Part shown: positions 17,683 through 30,480 of the stretch, piece by piece
Layout of the letters: the number at the start of each line of letters is the position of its first letter
Position numbering within the stretch: position 1 is the stretch's first letter
Origin: Desulfatiglandales bacterium
GTDB taxonomy: Bacteria; Desulfobacterota; DSM-4660; Desulfatiglandales; HGW-15
Assembly (NCBI GenBank): GCA_963667015.2
Contig: CAXXJJ010000004.1
Location: 1,664,001 to 1,728,000 of the forward strand
Direction of reading: 5' to 3'
DNA length: 64,000 nt
Made by a program: the position numbers and the translations under genes
Notes under the pieces: generated by a model
The model's input: only the letters and a program-made list of their open reading frames with translations
The model's database searches: none
What the model was told of the DNA's origin: nothing

Positions 17683-18687
17683 TTATTTACAAAGTGATAG
17701 AACCAGGTTCTCAAGTACAGGTTTCGATCTCGAACCGGACTTGAGAAACCTGTCTGTTTCATAAAGTAATTTGATGCCCCTTTCAAGCTCTTCAGGCGTC
17801 CATTTTTTACATTGTTTGAGAAAATTCTGTACCGAAAACGGGGCAATACCCAGTTTTGAGGCAATACTGCCGGCATTTTCTCCCTTTGTGGACAGGGCCT
17901 TAACCTGCCATAACAGACCGACCTGCCTGTTAAGCATTCCGATTATCTGAAGAGGAGCGCTTTTTTTATCCTCCTCCTCTAAAAATCTTGACAGGACCGA
18001 AAGGGCCTGGGCCACTTTTTTTTCCGAGAGCGCATCCATTAGTTCAAAAATGGAATACATCCTGCTGTTAATGGCAAGATCCTTTACCTCCTGCTCCCCT
18101 ATTTTTTGTTCACCATAACTTAGTTTCAGTTTTTCAAGCTCGGAATAGATCTCCCTTAGCCTGCTCCCCGTAACCTCCTGAAGAAAGGCACATCCGTTTC
18201 GATCAATGTTGAGTCCAATCTCCCGGGCTATATTCTGTATCCATGGGACAATCTGATGTGCCCTTAATTCACTGAAATTAACAGCGTATCCTGCCGCTCT
18301 TATTGCCTTGTAAAATTTTTTCTTAAAATCGGTTTTTTCAGACAGGAATATAAGACAGGTGGAATCTACCGGTTTTTCAAGATAGGGAATAAATTTATTT
18401 AACTGATCTGCTTTATATGAGTCTGTTCTTCGCAGGATTATCAGGCGGCTTGATGCCAGGAAGGGAATTGTCTGTGCCCTGTTTACAACATCGACAGGAC
18501 TGGTCTCACCTCCATAACATATCTCCATATTAAAATCCCTGGCATTCTCAGGTATATACTCATTCCTGATTCTCCCGAGCACCCTTTCGAGAATAAATTC
18601 ATTAGGGCCGTAGAAAAGATAAAACGGGGCAAGCTTTCCTCTTTCCAATGCCTTTATAACATCCTCTGGTTTAAGATCGCCTGCCAT
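17683..18687 (-). CDS. holA: DNA polymerase III delta subunit
   Basis: PFYLFYG, QTIPFLASSRLIIL, SELEKL, SIFELMDA; leuS-lptE-holA synteny. Confidence 0.92.
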   Translation of the reverse strand: MAGDLKPEDVIKALERGKLAPFYLFYGPNEFILERVLGRIRNEYIPENARDFNMEICYGGETSPVDVVNRAQTIPFLASSRLIILRRTDSYKADQLNKFIPYLEKPVDSTCLIFLSEKTDFKKKFYKAIRAAGYAVNFSELRAHQIVPWIQNIAREIGLNIDRNGCAFLQEVTGSRLREIYSELEKLKLSYGEQKIGEQEVKDLAINSRMYSIFELMDALSEKKVAQALSVLSRFLEEEDKKSAPLQIIGMLNRQVGLLWQVKALSTKGENAGSIASKLGIAPFSVQNFLKQCKKWTPEELERGIKLLYETDRFLKSGSRSKPVLENLVLSLCK

Positions 18688-19244
18688 TAAAACCTTTCCA
18701 TGGTCCTGTTATAAATTCTTTCCGAAAGGAGACCGGCAATCTTGAGGAGTGCCTCTTTCCGGTTTTTCCGGTTTACAAGAGGATCAGCCGTAACAGCGAA
18801 CATTGCTTCTTCTGTCATTGAGCTGTCATTCCATACAGACTTTCCGGTTGAACTGTCAATAAGACTTGCGTTAAGGCAGAGAACCAGACGTCTGCTGCTG
18901 GTTGTTTCATGGGTAAATACCCTCCCTGAAACCGACGTCCGGCTTGAATCATAGGTTAAAGGTTGAGTATTTACTTCATAGATCTCGATTTTAAGGACCA
19001 TATTGGCCTGATCCTTATCTTTAAGAGGAACACGGGCATGACTGATAAATTCATTTCTTAATACAGTTGTAAAATCAGACTCAAATCCTTTTTCTGCTGA
19101 GGAACTTTCCACCATGGGTATGGCAATGCTTTTAATCTCAATACCCACCGGTTCACCATCAGCTCTGAAATTATACCCGCAGCCGTAAACAGAAAAAAGG
19201 GCAAGGATTAAAACCAGACTGTATACAGGCCTTGTAAGATTCAT
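18687..19244 (-). CDS. lptE: LPS assembly lipoprotein LptE
   Basis: Lipobox YGCGY, KSIAIPM; lies between leuS and holA. Confidence 0.8.
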   Translation of the reverse strand: MNLTRPVYSLVLILALFSVYGCGYNFRADGEPVGIEIKSIAIPMVESSSAEKGFESDFTTVLRNEFISHARVPLKDKDQANMVLKIEIYEVNTQPLTYDSSRTSVSGRVFTHETTSSRRLVLCLNASLIDSSTGKSVWNDSSMTEEAMFAVTADPLVNRKNRKEALLKIAGLLSERIYNRTMERF

Positions 19245-21832
19245 TACTTGTTTTCCTGTATTACAATATTTACAAGTTTCTGCTGAATAACAATTATCTT
19301 TTTAATCTCTTTTTCCCCGATAAAATTCCTGATCTTCTCATCATTAACCGCCTCTTTTTCAATTTCTTCCTTTGAAAAGGAAGCAGGAATCTCGATCTTG
19401 CTTCTGACCTTTCCGTTTACCTGAACAACAAGAAGCTTCTTGTCAACTTCAAGGGCGTCTTCACTGTAGGTCGGCCACCTGGCATCCAGTAGTGAACCCT
19501 CATGACCCAGTATATGCCACAGCTCTTCGGTTATGTGAGGGACCACAGGAGAAAGCAGAAGTATGGTCTTCTCGGCAGCATCCCTTATTACCATCCAGGC
19601 CTTTTCATTATTCTCCCTGCCGTCATTCAGATATTTATAGATTTCATTTATAAGCTCCATTACTGCGCTTATGGCGGTATTAAAGTGAAACCTGTCTTCG
19701 ATATCGTTTGATACCTTTTTGACTGTCTCATGTATCTTTCGGTTTATTGCCTTAAGCTCATCATCCAATCCTTCTTCACTGCTGATGGACGGAGCATTTT
19801 TCAGATTATCCAGATTGTCTGTTACAAGTCTCCATACCCTACTCAGGAACCTGTATGCGCCATCTACTCCCTGGTCGCTCCACTCAAGATCACGTTCAGG
19901 TGGTGATGCAAACAGACAGAACATGCGGACAGTGTCTGCGCCATATGTGTCTACAAGCTGTGCGGGGTCGACTACATTCTTCTTGGATTTTGACATCTTG
20001 ATGCTTCGGCCCCTTATTATCTGAGCTCCGCACTTTACACACTTGTCGTCAGTCACCTCATTCGGGAAAAGATATCCATGTTCCGAGCATTCTTCGGTCT
20101 CCTTACAAACCATACCCTGGGTAAGGAGATTCTTGAAGGGCTCGTCAATATGGGAATAACCCAGATCCTTAAGGACCCTCATAAAAAACCTTGAATACAG
20201 AAGATGCAGAATTGCATGCTCAATCCCGCCTATGTACTGATCAACAGGCAGCCAGTATTTGACATTTTCTATATCAACAGGGGCCTTATCATAGCGCGGG
20301 CTGGCATACCTTGCAAAATACCATGAAGACTCAACAAATGTGTCCATTGTGTCGGTTTCCCGCCGCGCACTGCCATTACATTTTGGACAGGTTGTTTCAT
20401 AAAAGTCCGGTTCAAATGGAAGAGGTGATCCTCCGCCCTGCCTGAGTTCCTTATCCAGAGGAAGCCTGACAGGAAGCTCCTTTTCATCCACAGGAACAGT
20501 CCCGCACTTCTCACAGTATATTATAGGTATCGGGGCACCCCAGTATCTCTGGCGCGATATATTCCAGTCTCTGATTCTGAAATTTACTGTTTTATTTCCC
20601 AGGCCCTTTTTATCCAGGTATTGTGCTATTTCTTCCTGTGCCTCAATATTGCCAAGCCCGTTAAAAGGTCCCGAATTAATAAGCACACCCTGCTCTTCAT
20701 AGGCCTCGGTCATGGTATCGGCGGAAAGCTCTGTGTCTTTAGGGGTTATAACTACTCTCTTTTTAATATTGTATTTTTCAGCGAATTCAAAATCCCTTTG
20801 ATCATGGGTAGGGACGGACATAATAGCCCCTGTCCCGTAATCATAAAGTACAAAGTTGGCTACATATATTGGTATTTCTTCTTCAGTAAGGGGATTCAAG
20901 GCATACCGCCCAGTAAATATACCCTCTTTTTCAGTAAAATCGGCAGTCCTTATAAAACCATCTACCTTCATGGTGCGATCAATAAAACTAAGGACGTCTG
21001 CTTCCTGAGATGAGCCTTTTACCATCTCTTTAAGCATCGGATGTTCTGGAGCAAAACACATGAAAGTAGCGCCGAATACCGTGTCAGGCCTTGTAGTAAA
21101 CACCTCAATTACCTGATCGGAATCTACCAGTGGAAATTTGATTATTGCACCAAAGCTTTTTCCTATCCAGTTTTTCTGCATGGTTATGACCCTTTCAGGC
21201 CATCCCTCAAGCGCATCACATTTTTGCAGGATATCTTCTACATAGTCGGTAACCTTGAAGTACCAGCTGTCCATTTCCTTCAGGATTACCTCCTTGTTTG
21301 TGTGGCGCCAGCAGCATCCGTTTTCGACCTGCTCCTTTGCCAGTACAGTCTGGCAGCTTTCACACCAGTTTACATGAGTTCTTTTTTTATAGGCCAGGCC
21401 TTTTTCGTACATCTTTATAAATATGAGCTGCTCCCAACGGTAATAGTCAGGATCACATGTGGCAACTTCACGGTTCCAGTCATAGCTGAAGCCCATCATC
21501 TTGAGCTGGGACTTCATATTTTCAATGTTGGAATATGTCCATTTTGCAGGATGGGTATCGTTGTCGATTGCCGCATTTTCAGCGGGAAGACCAAAGGCGT
21601 CCCAGCCCATTGGATGCAGCACATTTTTACCTGCCATCCTTTTATATCTGGCAACTACATCCCCGATAGTATAATTCCGGACATGACCCATATGGATCTT
21701 GCCTGAGGGATATGGGAACATTTCAAGCAGATAATATTTTTCACGGTCGGGAAGTTCCCTGACTTCAAAAAGGTTTTCTTTATCCCAGTGTTCCTGCCAT
21801 TTCTTTTCTATTGTTTTTGGGTTGTACTTCAC
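19244..21832 (-). CDS. leuS: Leucine--tRNA ligase
   Basis: [38 protein letters not shown]. Confidence 0.98.
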   Translation of the reverse strand: MKYNPKTIEKKWQEHWDKENLFEVRELPDREKYYLLEMFPYPSGKIHMGHVRNYTIGDVVARYKRMAGKNVLHPMGWDAFGLPAENAAIDNDTHPAKWTYSNIENMKSQLKMMGFSYDWNREVATCDPDYYRWEQLIFIKMYEKGLAYKKRTHVNWCESCQTVLAKEQVENGCCWRHTNKEVILKEMDSWYFKVTDYVEDILQKCDALEGWPERVITMQKNWIGKSFGAIIKFPLVDSDQVIEVFTTRPDTVFGATFMCFAPEHPMLKEMVKGSSQEADVLSFIDRTMKVDGFIRTADFTEKEGIFTGRYALNPLTEEEIPIYVANFVLYDYGTGAIMSVPTHDQRDFEFAEKYNIKKRVVITPKDTELSADTMTEAYEEQGVLINSGPFNGLGNIEAQEEIAQYLDKKGLGNKTVNFRIRDWNISRQRYWGAPIPIIYCEKCGTVPVDEKELPVRLPLDKELRQGGGSPLPFEPDFYETTCPKCNGSARRETDTMDTFVESSWYFARYASPRYDKAPVDIENVKYWLPVDQYIGGIEHAILHLLYSRFFMRVLKDLGYSHIDEPFKNLLTQGMVCKETEECSEHGYLFPNEVTDDKCVKCGAQIIRGRSIKMSKSKKNVVDPAQLVDTYGADTVRMFCLFASPPERDLEWSDQGVDGAYRFLSRVWRLVTDNLDNLKNAPSISSEEGLDDELKAINRKIHETVKKVSNDIEDRFHFNTAISAVMELINEIYKYLNDGRENNEKAWMVIRDAAEKTILLLSPVVPHITEELWHILGHEGSLLDARWPTYSEDALEVDKKLLVVQVNGKVRSKIEIPASFSKEEIEKEAVNDEKIRNFIGEKEIKKIIVIQQKLVNIVIQENK

Positions 21833-21864
21833 AATACTACTTTGCCTTTCATGTTTATTGTTAT

Positions 21865-22476
21865 TTATGCAGCAAGTTCGGACAGACCGGCTACCTGAAA
21901 ACCCGAGCCCTTATCCAGTATAATTGAAAGTTCAGTAAGGGGAGAAAAATGTTTTCTTAAACTATCGGCCACCATATCAACCAGTTTTATGTAATCATTG
22001 GTAATAGAAATATAGAATTTTAATATAAAATCAGGGGCATCCTTATATTTATCCAGATAAATCCCGACAAGATTTTTAACAGCGGTTTCGATATGAATAT
22101 CAAACCCGGGTTCACCCGCAGATGTATCAGGTATCTGCAAACCGAATTCACTGATATTCATTTTTACCAGCGCATCTCCTGCATTGATTGTTTCACGTTC
22201 AAGCACATCAATCGAATACATTGATTCTTCGCCCAGCCCATGAATAAGCAGTTTATCCGCCTTGATGGAATTCTGAGTTGCAAACAGCAGCTTATCTCCG
22301 CATTCACCCGACCAGATTCCCGACTGAACAATCTTACGAATACTTCCGGCCATTTTCTTATCAATAGAATCCAGGAATGGCGACATTTTATCCTGAACCT
22401 TGAATGAAAGAATAACTACTGCCTCACACCACAGTTCTTCAAGTGTGCGATTTGTAAATCTCAGATCAAGCCGCAT
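21865..22476 (-). CDS. Stand-alone peptidase M17 N-terminal-domain-like protein
   Basis: [28 protein letters not shown] resemble the PepA N-terminal domain; no catalytic domain. Confidence 0.6.
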   Translation of the reverse strand: MRLDLRFTNRTLEELWCEAVVILSFKVQDKMSPFLDSIDKKMAGSIRKIVQSGIWSGECGDKLLFATQNSIKADKLLIHGLGEESMYSIDVLERETINAGDALVKMNISEFGLQIPDTSAGEPGFDIHIETAVKNLVGIYLDKYKDAPDFILKFYISITNDYIKLVDMVADSLRKHFSPLTELSIILDKGSGFQVAGLSELAA

Positions 22477-22481
22477 GTTAT

Positions 22482-22907
22482 CTATTTTTCCTGATTTTGA
22501 TCCTTGATATGTGCCAGATAAATATTATCCAGCACGCCATTTATGAAAGCACCTGATTCCTCTGTGCCATATTTTTTGCCCAGCTCCACTGCCTCATCAA
22601 TGGATACCTTATGGGGTATATTCTCCATAAACAACATCTCATAGACGCTCAGCCGGAGAATACTTCTATCCACCCTGGACATTCTTTCAAGACGCCAGTT
22701 CTTTGAAGCCTTTTTTATCAGTTTATCAATCCGCTCCCGGTTTTCACATACACCCCGGACAAGTTCTTTTGAAAAGGCCCTGAGGGATTTAGGAGCATTG
22801 AAATTCTCACATATCAGCTCAAAACTTTTATCCGGATTACCGGAATTGTATTCCATATGAAAGAGGATCTGTGTTACCAGTTCACGGGCTTTTCTTCTGT
22901 TTCCCAT
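22482..22907 (-). CDS. nusB: Transcription antitermination factor NusB
   Basis: RRKARE, VDRSILRL, IDEAVELGKKYG, FINGVLD. Confidence 0.97.
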   Translation of the reverse strand: MGNRRKARELVTQILFHMEYNSGNPDKSFELICENFNAPKSLRAFSKELVRGVCENRERIDKLIKKASKNWRLERMSRVDRSILRLSVYEMLFMENIPHKVSIDEAVELGKKYGTEESGAFINGVLDNIYLAHIKDQNQEK

Positions 22908-22943
22908 TATACCTTATCTTTTCAAAGCACTGACAGGTTATTG

Positions 22944-23411
22944 CTACTTCATGGTCTTAAAAAGGCTTGCCATCTCCATAGCAGCCATTGCAGCATCCCA
23001 ACCCTTGTTGCCTGCCTTTGATCCGGCTCTCTCAATGGCCTGTTCAAGGTTATCAGTGGTAAGAACACCAAAGGTAACAGGAATATTGCTTTCAAGAGAG
23101 ACAACCGCTACGCCCTTTGCAACTTCGGAAGCAACGTAATCAAAATGCGGTGTAGCACCTCTTATTACAGCGCCCAGGCAGATTATTGCATCAAAATCAG
23201 CCTTTGCAGCAAGTCTCTTGGCTGCAATGGGAATCTCAAAGGCACCCGGAACCTTCACCTGGGTTACATCATCTTCATCAACCCCATGCCTCTTAAGGGC
23301 GTCCATGGCTCCTTCAACCAGCTTCGAACAGATAAAATCATTAAACCGGCTTACCACTATTGCAAACTTAAAACCTTCTGCAGTTATAATACCTTCAAGT
23401 ACTTTTGGCAT
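22944..23411 (-). CDS. ribH: 6,7-dimethyl-8-ribityllumazine synthase
   Basis: [30 protein letters not shown]. Confidence 0.97.
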   Translation of the reverse strand: MPKVLEGIITAEGFKFAIVVSRFNDFICSKLVEGAMDALKRHGVDEDDVTQVKVPGAFEIPIAAKRLAAKADFDAIICLGAVIRGATPHFDYVASEVAKGVAVVSLESNIPVTFGVLTTDNLEQAIERAGSKAGNKGWDAAMAAMEMASLFKTMK

Positions 23412-23427
23412 TTTTTTCTCCTGTTGT

Positions 23428-24642
23428 TTATTTTATATCTTTCCCTATTTTCATCATATGACCAAGCTTTTGGCATTTAGTCATCAGGTATTTAATATTT
23501 TCAGGTTTCGGCTCGCATTCGATAGGAACCCTGTCAGTGACCTCCAGATTATAACCTTCGATTCCCTTTATCTTCTTCGGATTATTGGTCATCATCCTCA
23601 TTTTTTTAACGCCAAGAGCTGCAAGCATCTGGGCGCCGACGCCATAATCGCGAAGATCTGCTTCAAACCCAAGTTCTTCATTGGCCTCAACAGTATCAAA
23701 ACCCTTATCCTGAAGCGCATAGGCCTTTAGTTTGTTTGCCAGGCCTATACCTCTTCCTTCCTGCTGGAGATAGAGAATAACGCCAAGGCCTTCCTTCTGA
23801 ATCATCTCCATGGCCTTTTCCAGTTGATTTCCGCAGTCACACCTGTAGGACCCGAACACATCACCTGTCAGACACTGGGAATGAACCCTGACAAGCACTT
23901 CCTTTTCAGGATCTATTTCTCCCTTAACAATAGCAAGGTGTTCATTACTATCGATATCATTTACAAAGCCATATGCCTTGAATTCACCATAGGGAGTAGG
24001 AAGAACGGTCTCCGCTACCATGTGAACAAAAGATTCGTTTCTCATCCGGTAGGCAATAATATCCGCTACCGTGGCTATTTTAAGATCGTGCTCTTCGGCA
24101 AACTCAATAAGATCGGGCATACGGGCCATTGTTCCGTCGTCATTCATGATCTCGCATATTACACCCGCCGGCTTAAGACCCGCAAGCCTTGCAAGATCAA
24201 CCGAACCTTCGGTCTGGCCTGTCCGGAATAAAACCCCTCCCTTTCGTGCCCTTAGAGGAAAGATATGACCCGGCTGAACCAGATCCTTAGGCTTTGCATC
24301 ATCCTTAACCGCGGTAAGTATGGTGTGAGCCCTGTCATGTGCCGAAATTCCCGTGGTAACCCCTTCCCTGGCCTCAATTGACACGGTAAAGGCGGTATTA
24401 AATGGCGACTGATTATCGTCAACCATGAGGTGCAGGCCCAGCTGCTCGACTATTTTAGGATCAAGCGACAGGCATATAAGTCCCCTGCCGTATTTGGCCA
24501 TAAAATTTATCGCCTCAGGAGTAACCTTTTCAGCGGCCATTGTGAGGTCACCCTCGTTTTCCCTGTCTTCATCGTCTACAAGGATTATCATTTTACCGTT
24601 TTTCAAATCTTCAATAACATCTTCAATTCTTGATATAGTCAT
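23428..24642 (-). CDS. ribBA: Bifunctional DHBP synthase / GTP cyclohydrolase II
   Basis: [27 protein letters not shown]...[12 protein letters not shown]. Confidence 0.97.
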   Translation of the reverse strand: MTISRIEDVIEDLKNGKMIILVDDEDRENEGDLTMAAEKVTPEAINFMAKYGRGLICLSLDPKIVEQLGLHLMVDDNQSPFNTAFTVSIEAREGVTTGISAHDRAHTILTAVKDDAKPKDLVQPGHIFPLRARKGGVLFRTGQTEGSVDLARLAGLKPAGVICEIMNDDGTMARMPDLIEFAEEHDLKIATVADIIAYRMRNESFVHMVAETVLPTPYGEFKAYGFVNDIDSNEHLAIVKGEIDPEKEVLVRVHSQCLTGDVFGSYRCDCGNQLEKAMEMIQKEGLGVILYLQQEGRGIGLANKLKAYALQDKGFDTVEANEELGFEADLRDYGVGAQMLAALGVKKMRMMTNNPKKIKGIEGYNLEVTDRVPIECEPKPENIKYLMTKCQKLGHMMKIGKDIK

Positions 24643-25310
24643 TTGATATTACTGCCAAATCCAAACTGTGCCAGCATCTCCATGCTGATGGATGAAGAAG
24701 CATTGTTATTTCCGGCAGCCCTCTCCTTAAAAAATAATTTTTCAATATACTTTGCAATTAGGTCGGTTTCAATATTAACCATGTCACCGGCCTTTTTCTT
24801 TAAAAGCGTGGTTGAAGTCCATGTTTCAGGAATGATATTAACCTCAAAATACCCCTTTTGACAAACATTTATAGTAAGACTTATTCCATCGATTGTAATA
24901 GAGCCTTTTTCAATCGTATACCTTGAGAGATTTTCATCGATCGATACACCTATCAGCCATGACTGTTTTACCTGCTTTTTTTCGGATATTTTGCCTATAC
25001 CATCCACATGACCGGATACAATATGACCGCCAAGTCTGTCCGAAAGCCTTAAGGCCCTCTCGAGGTTGACCTCCGATCCATTTCTCAATGCCCCGGTTGT
25101 CGTCCTTGAGGTTGTCTCTGCCGAGGCATACATCTTAAGCAGGCCGTCATTGATTTCGGTAACTGTAAGACAGACACCGTTGACTGCAACGCTGTCTCCG
25201 ATACGGCAGTCTGACATATCAAAGAGGGGCACAATAGAAATATTCATATCCCCGCCGGATAAACGAGCATCTCTGATTATTCCTGTTCCTTCAATAAGTC
25301 CTGTAAACAT
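24639..25310 (-). CDS. ribE: Riboflavin synthase (alpha)
   Basis: MFTGLIE start, [23 protein letters not shown]. Confidence 0.96.
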   Translation of the reverse strand: MFTGLIEGTGIIRDARLSGGDMNISIVPLFDMSDCRIGDSVAVNGVCLTVTEINDGLLKMYASAETTSRTTTGALRNGSEVNLERALRLSDRLGGHIVSGHVDGIGKISEKKQVKQSWLIGVSIDENLSRYTIEKGSITIDGISLTINVCQKGYFEVNIIPETWTSTTLLKKKAGDMVNIETDLIAKYIEKLFFKERAAGNNNASSSISMEMLAQFGFGSNIK

Positions 25311-25329
25311 ATGTCATCCTGTCGTTGAT

Positions 25330-26433
25330 TTATGCCGGATAGCCTGAAATCAGGATATCATTGCCATATTTTTTTACCGTTACCCCTTTGAGGCCAATTG
25401 AATCAGTCATGTAAACAGGCCCTGCCCCCTTTGACATGGGGATTCCATCGTTTCCTCCAAGCAGTTTTGGGGCCTTGAATATCATAAACTTGTCAATAAG
25501 TCTCTCTCTTATCATGGCCCCCATCAGACCCGCTCCGCCTTCGAACAAAACCGATGTTATGGAGTTTTTCCCAAGGATATCCATCATGGCATTGAGATCT
25601 ACATGATTATCCTTAACAGGGCATTTTATGACAGAGGTATTACCTCTTTCAATCCGTTTTATCAACATCTCATCCGTATTTTCACCGGTAATAATATAGT
25701 TTCGGGATTCTGAATTTTCCTTCAGCAACCGGGCATTTTCAGGTATCCGAAGACGGGTATCAACTATGATTCTATGAGGGTCACGCCCCTTCCCTCGTTT
25801 GGGTCTGGATGTGAGCTGTGGATCATCGGCAATTACAGTACCAATCCCCACCATTACAGCATCGACCTCAGATCTCAGCCTGTGAACATACTGTCTTGCC
25901 TCTTCTCCGGTCACCCAAATGGAATGCCCTGTTGAGGTTGCAGAATACCCGTCAAGTGTGAGGGCTGATTTGGCTATGATAAAAGGCATTCCGGTTCTAC
26001 TGTACTTACTCCATGATTCAAGGAGCTGTTCACACTCCTTCTGAAGGACTCCTGTTTTTACATTGATACCTTGCGATATCAGGTATTCTGCTCCCCCGCC
26101 TTTTACAGAAGGATTTGGATCCTTCATCCCGACAACCACGTTTTTAATGCCGCTTTCCAGAATAGCCCTGGTGCACGGTGGAGTTTTCCCATGGTGGTTA
26201 CAGGGCTCAAGGGTTACATACATTATATCACTGGGATTTGCTTCCACCTTGAGATTGGAAAGGGTGTCCACCTCGGCATGTGCTGCGCCGGCCTTTTTAT
26301 GGTATCCTGACGCAATTATAGTGTCATCCCTGACTATCACGGCACCAACTGCCGGATTTGGAGATGTCTTTCCTGTGCCCTTTTTAGCCATCCTGATGGC
26401 ACTTTTCATATATTTTATATCTTTATCACTCAA
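25330..26433 (-). CDS. ribD: Bifunctional pyrimidine deaminase/reductase RibD
   Basis: PNPAVG, HAE, TLEPCNHHGKTPPC, TLDG, GTVIADDP, EGG. Confidence 0.96.
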   Translation of the reverse strand: MSDKDIKYMKSAIRMAKKGTGKTSPNPAVGAVIVRDDTIIASGYHKKAGAAHAEVDTLSNLKVEANPSDIMYVTLEPCNHHGKTPPCTRAILESGIKNVVVGMKDPNPSVKGGGAEYLISQGINVKTGVLQKECEQLLESWSKYSRTGMPFIIAKSALTLDGYSATSTGHSIWVTGEEARQYVHRLRSEVDAVMVGIGTVIADDPQLTSRPKRGKGRDPHRIIVDTRLRIPENARLLKENSESRNYIITGENTDEMLIKRIERGNTSVIKCPVKDNHVDLNAMMDILGKNSITSVLFEGGAGLMGAMIRERLIDKFMIFKAPKLLGGNDGIPMSKGAGPVYMTDSIGLKGVTVKKYGNDILISGYPA

Positions 26434-26500
26434 TTTTTTCTATCAGGAAAGAGTTAATAATTCTAAAAAGACAGGGGATATTGGAAAGAATGAAGCGGGG

Positions 26501-26971
26501 TTAACTTACCTCTTCTCGTCTGGTCTTAAGGATATCTTCGAGTTCATTCATGAATTCATTAATATCCTTGAACTGCCTGTACACAGATGCAAAACGGACA
26601 TAGGCTACCTCATCCCAGTCTTTAAGACTGCTTATGACCCTTTCCCCGACCTCTTTGCTCTCGACTTCTTTTTTACCAAGCTCCTGAAAATATACTTCCA
26701 GTGAATCTACAAAATCTTCAATTTTTGTTACACTCACAGGACGTTTCTGGCAGGACATTTTAATTCCCGCTATTATCTTATCCCGGTTGAATGGCTCTCT
26801 CCTGCCGTCTTTTTTTACAACCATTGGCAGTATTTCTTCAAGCCTTTCATAGGTAGTGAAACGCCTGGCACAGTCCAGACATTCCCTTCTTCTTCTAATT
26901 GTTCGACCATCTTTGCTCAACCTTGAATCTATAACCTTATTTTCGATCTTGGAGCAGTAGGGGCACTTCAT
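26501..26971 (-). CDS. nrdR: Transcriptional repressor NrdR
   Basis: MKCPYC, DSR, RRRREC, RFTTYE, ATP cone, [10 protein letters not shown]. Confidence 0.97.
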   Translation of the reverse strand: MKCPYCSKIENKVIDSRLSKDGRTIRRRRECLDCARRFTTYERLEEILPMVVKKDGRREPFNRDKIIAGIKMSCQKRPVSVTKIEDFVDSLEVYFQELGKKEVESKEVGERVISSLKDWDEVAYVRFASVYRQFKDINEFMNELEDILKTRREEVS

Positions 26972-27414
26972 ATAGTCAACCTTTCGATTTCAAGATTAGC
27001 CTCTGCCAGCATCTGATCCGATAATGGATCATCATACCCTTCAGCATAATAAATCTTGCTGATCCCGGCATTTATTATCATTTTTGTACATATCACACAG
27101 GGCTTATTTGTACAATAAAGAACTGATCCATTAATGGATATGCCGTGATAGGCTGCCTGTATTATAAGATTCTGTTCTGCGTGCAGGCCTCTGCACAATT
27201 CATGTCTCTGACCTGAAGGAATTTCCGAATTTGCCCTGAGGCAGCCCGCCTCCGCACAATGCCTTAGACCAGAGGGGGCACCATTATAACCGGTAGCAAG
27301 TATCCTTTTATCTTTAACCAGTATTGCGCCGACATGGCGTCTGATGCATGTTGATCGTTTAGCAACAAGCGCGGTAATTGCCATAAAATATTCTGGCCAG
27401 GATGGTCGGGTCAA
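26968..27414 (-). CDS. dCMP/cytidine deaminase family protein (ComEB-like)
   Basis: RPSW.EYFM, RSTC, TGYNG, HAEQN, PCVIC. Confidence 0.9.
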   Translation of the reverse strand: MTRPSWPEYFMAITALVAKRSTCIRRHVGAILVKDKRILATGYNGAPSGLRHCAEAGCLRANSEIPSGQRHELCRGLHAEQNLIIQAAYHGISINGSVLYCTNKPCVICTKMIINAGISKIYYAEGYDDPLSDQMLAEANLEIERLTI

Positions 27415-27442
27415 TTATAACTCCTTGTTTTAGATATCTTTA

Positions 27443-28702
27443 TCAGCCCAGATACTCATAAATAGGAAATTTTGCACACAGTTCACTTACAGTTGTTCTT
27501 GTATCTTCCAGGATCTTATCATCATTTATATTCTCAAGGACTTCTCTTATAAGCCCGGCTACAATCTTTATCTCGCCCTCTTTAAAACCGCGGGTAGTAA
27601 CCGCAGGGGTCCCTATTCTCAAACCGCTGGTCACCTGTGCGCTTCTCTTCTCAAAGGGTATTGTATTTTTATTGACAACAATTCCCGCTTTTCCAAGGGC
27701 TACTTCAGCCTCAACACCTGTAATATCCCTTGCCGTAAGGTCAACAAGTATAAGGTGGTTGTCTGTTCCTCCCGAGACCAGATTAAATCCGTATTTTATC
27801 ATCTCTTCGGCAAGGAGCCTGCAATTTTTAACTACCTGTTTCTGGTATTCAATAAACTCAGGCTGCAGTGCCTCATGAAAACAGACTGCCTTGGCAGCTA
27901 CAGCGTGCATAAGGGGACCGCCCTGAATACCGGGAAAAATACTCTTGTTCAGCGCCTTTTCATGTTCCTTTTTAGAAAGTATAAGTCCGCCCCTGGGGCC
28001 CCGGAGGGTTTTATGTGTTGTCGAGGTGACAAAATCTGCGATCCCTACCGGCGTGGAATGCTGCCCGGCAGCTATCAGTCCGGCTATATGGGCCATATCC
28101 ACCATCATATAGGCGCCCACTTCATCGGCTATTTCCCTGAACCGTGAGAAGTCAATCTCCCGGGGATATGCACTCGCGCCAACAACAATCATCCCTGGAG
28201 AGTGTTTCTTTGCCAGATCATAAACCTGATTAAAATCGATTGTCTGGGTTTCCGGATCAAGGCTGTAGGAAAAAGATTTGAAAATATTACCCGAAAAACT
28301 TGCCTTGCTGCCGTGGGTGAGATGCCCGCCATGTGAAAGGCTCATTCCAAGGATGGTGTCTCCGGGTTTTAAAACCGAAAAATAGACAGCCATATTGGCC
28401 TGAGAACCCGCATGGGGTTGAACATTGGCATATTCAGCGTTAAAAAGCTTAAGGGCCCTTTTTATTGCGAGATTCTCAACGGTATCAACGTTTTCGCAAC
28501 CGCCGTAGTATCTTGCTCCCGGATACCCTTCAGCATATTTGTTTGTCATTACATTTGACTGTGCTTCGATCACAGCCCTGGATGCATAATTCTCGGAAGC
28601 TATAAGAACCAGACAGTCCTGCTCCCGTTTAATCTCCCTTTTTATTGCCTCTGCAACTTCAGGATCAACCTGAGAAAGTCTATTATCAAACAACAGTATC
28701 AC
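27443..28702 (-). CDS. glyA: Serine hydroxymethyltransferase
   Basis: [35 protein letters not shown]. Start may be TTG 28693. Confidence 0.98.
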   Translation of the reverse strand: MILLFDNRLSQVDPEVAEAIKREIKREQDCLVLIASENYASRAVIEAQSNVMTNKYAEGYPGARYYGGCENVDTVENLAIKRALKLFNAEYANVQPHAGSQANMAVYFSVLKPGDTILGMSLSHGGHLTHGSKASFSGNIFKSFSYSLDPETQTIDFNQVYDLAKKHSPGMIVVGASAYPREIDFSRFREIADEVGAYMMVDMAHIAGLIAAGQHSTPVGIADFVTSTTHKTLRGPRGGLILSKKEHEKALNKSIFPGIQGGPLMHAVAAKAVCFHEALQPEFIEYQKQVVKNCRLLAEEMIKYGFNLVSGGTDNHLILVDLTARDITGVEAEVALGKAGIVVNKNTIPFEKRSAQVTSGLRIGTPAVTTRGFKEGEIKIVAGLIREVLENINDDKILEDTRTTVSELCAKFPIYEYLG

Positions 28703-28715
28703 CTCAAATATTTAT

Positions 28716-29147
28716 TCAAGAATCTATTTTATCAACACGCATTTTATGTCTGCCGCCTTCAAAATCCGTCTTGAGGTAGGTCTTAAGCATTTCCAGGGCC
28801 AGGACATCACCTGTTATCCTGCCTCCAACAACCATGATATTGGCATTATTATGCTTTCGACTCAATTCAGCAGTCAAAATATTATGACAAAGGGCTGCGT
28901 TAACACCCTTGAACCGGTTGGCAGCTATTGACATACCAATACCGGAACCGCATACGAGCACTCCTTTTTCAAATTCACCGGATGAAATAGCCCCGGCCAC
29001 TTTTTGGGCGATATCCGGATAGTCAATCGAATCGGCACTGTATGCTCCCACATCCGTTACTTCATATCCCAGTTCACCGGAAAGAAGATTTTTATATTTC
29101 TCCTTTAATTCAAATCCGGCATGGTCTGAACCAATAATGATTCTCAT
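28716..29147 (-). CDS. rpiB: Ribose-5-phosphate isomerase B
   Basis: SDHAG, DYPD, CGSGIG, HNNAN, FEGGRH. Confidence 0.96.
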   Translation of the reverse strand: MRIIIGSDHAGFELKEKYKNLLSGELGYEVTDVGAYSADSIDYPDIAQKVAGAISSGEFEKGVLVCGSGIGMSIAANRFKGVNAALCHNILTAELSRKHNNANIMVVGGRITGDVLALEMLKTYLKTDFEGGRHKMRVDKIDS

Positions 29148-29183
29148 TGAAACTCCTTTTCTTAGAAAATTTATTCGGAGTGT

Positions 29184-30425
29184 TTAAGGCTCGTAGGCCT
29201 TAAATAGCAACGATGCGTTTGTCCCGCCAAAACCGAATGAATTTGACATAATTACCTTTACCTGGGCTTCTCTCGCTATATTGGGAACGTAGTCAAGATC
29301 ACACTCAGGATCAGGTGTATCATAATTAATAGTAGGCGGCAGGATTCCGTTCTTAATTGTCAGTGCTGAATAGATTGCCTCTATCCCGCCTGTACCTCCG
29401 AGCAGATGACCTGTCATGGATTTGGTTGAACTGATTGCAAGTTTATATGCATGTTCTCCAAATAATTTTTTTACAGCCTTTGTCTCCGACAGATCATTCA
29501 TTTGCGTTGAGGTACCGTGGGCATTAATGTAATCAACATCTTCGGGTTTCAACCCGGCTGACTCAATAGCCATTGCCATACAATTAACGGCACCATCACC
29601 ATCTGGATGAGGTGATGAGACATGATATGCATCACCGGAGAGACCGTATCCGGCTATTTCTGCATAAATTTTAGCGCCTCTTTCAAGGGCATGATTCAGT
29701 TCTTCAATAATAAGTATGCCTGAACCTTCCCCAATAATAAATCCGTCCCTGTCTTTTTCAAATGGCCTGGAAGCCTTTTCAGGTTCATCGTTTCTTGTGG
29801 ACAGGGCATTCATTGCACAGAATCCGGCAAAAGCCAGAGGAGTAATAACTGCCTCTGCGCCACCCGTTATCATGGCATCAGCGATTCCATCCCGTACAAG
29901 CCTGAAGGACTCGCCAACCGCATGAGTACTTGCCGCACAGGCAGTTTCAATGGAAGAATTCGGGCCCTGGGCACCAAATTCAATAGCGATTTCTCCCGGG
30001 AGCATATTGGGAATGATACCGGGGATAAAGAAAGGACTTATCCTTCCTGGCCCCTTTTCGAGCAGGGTCTTATGATAAGTTTCAATCATGGGCAGACCGC
30101 CCAGACCGGAACCGGTCAGACACCCTATCTTACGGCTGTTGTCCGGGGTTATCTTGAGACCGGAATCTTCCATGGCCATCCTGGCAGCAGCAATACCATA
30201 ATGGATAAATATATCAAACCGTCTTATCTGCTGTTTGCCTATGAAGTCGGATGCATTAAAATCCGTTACTTCGGCGGCTATCCTGGACTTATATTCAGTG
30301 GTATCAAATCTTGTTACCGGACCAATAACCGATTTACCGGCACACAACGATTCCCAGTTTTTCTCCACCCCGGTGCCTAAAGGTGTAACCATCCCAAGAC
30401 CGGTAATAACTACCCTTCTTTTCAT
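29184..30425 (-). CDS. fabF: 3-oxoacyl-ACP synthase II
   Basis: RRVVITGLG, TACAAS, INAHGTST, KSMTGHLLG, SNSFGFGG. Confidence 0.96.
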   Translation of the reverse strand: MKRRVVITGLGMVTPLGTGVEKNWESLCAGKSVIGPVTRFDTTEYKSRIAAEVTDFNASDFIGKQQIRRFDIFIHYGIAAARMAMEDSGLKITPDNSRKIGCLTGSGLGGLPMIETYHKTLLEKGPGRISPFFIPGIIPNMLPGEIAIEFGAQGPNSSIETACAASTHAVGESFRLVRDGIADAMITGGAEAVITPLAFAGFCAMNALSTRNDEPEKASRPFEKDRDGFIIGEGSGILIIEELNHALERGAKIYAEIAGYGLSGDAYHVSSPHPDGDGAVNCMAMAIESAGLKPEDVDYINAHGTSTQMNDLSETKAVKKLFGEHAYKLAISSTKSMTGHLLGGTGGIEAIYSALTIKNGILPPTINYDTPDPECDLDYVPNIAREAQVKVIMSNSFGFGGTNASLLFKAYEP

Positions 30426-30480
30426 ATCAATAAACCCCTTATTATTCCCAAACTCCTGATATGATATCTACGCTCAGCGA

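Noticed and set aside
26434..26500. Possible FMN riboswitch upstream of ribD
   Set aside because: The gap is 67 nt, too short, and lacks RFN motifs.
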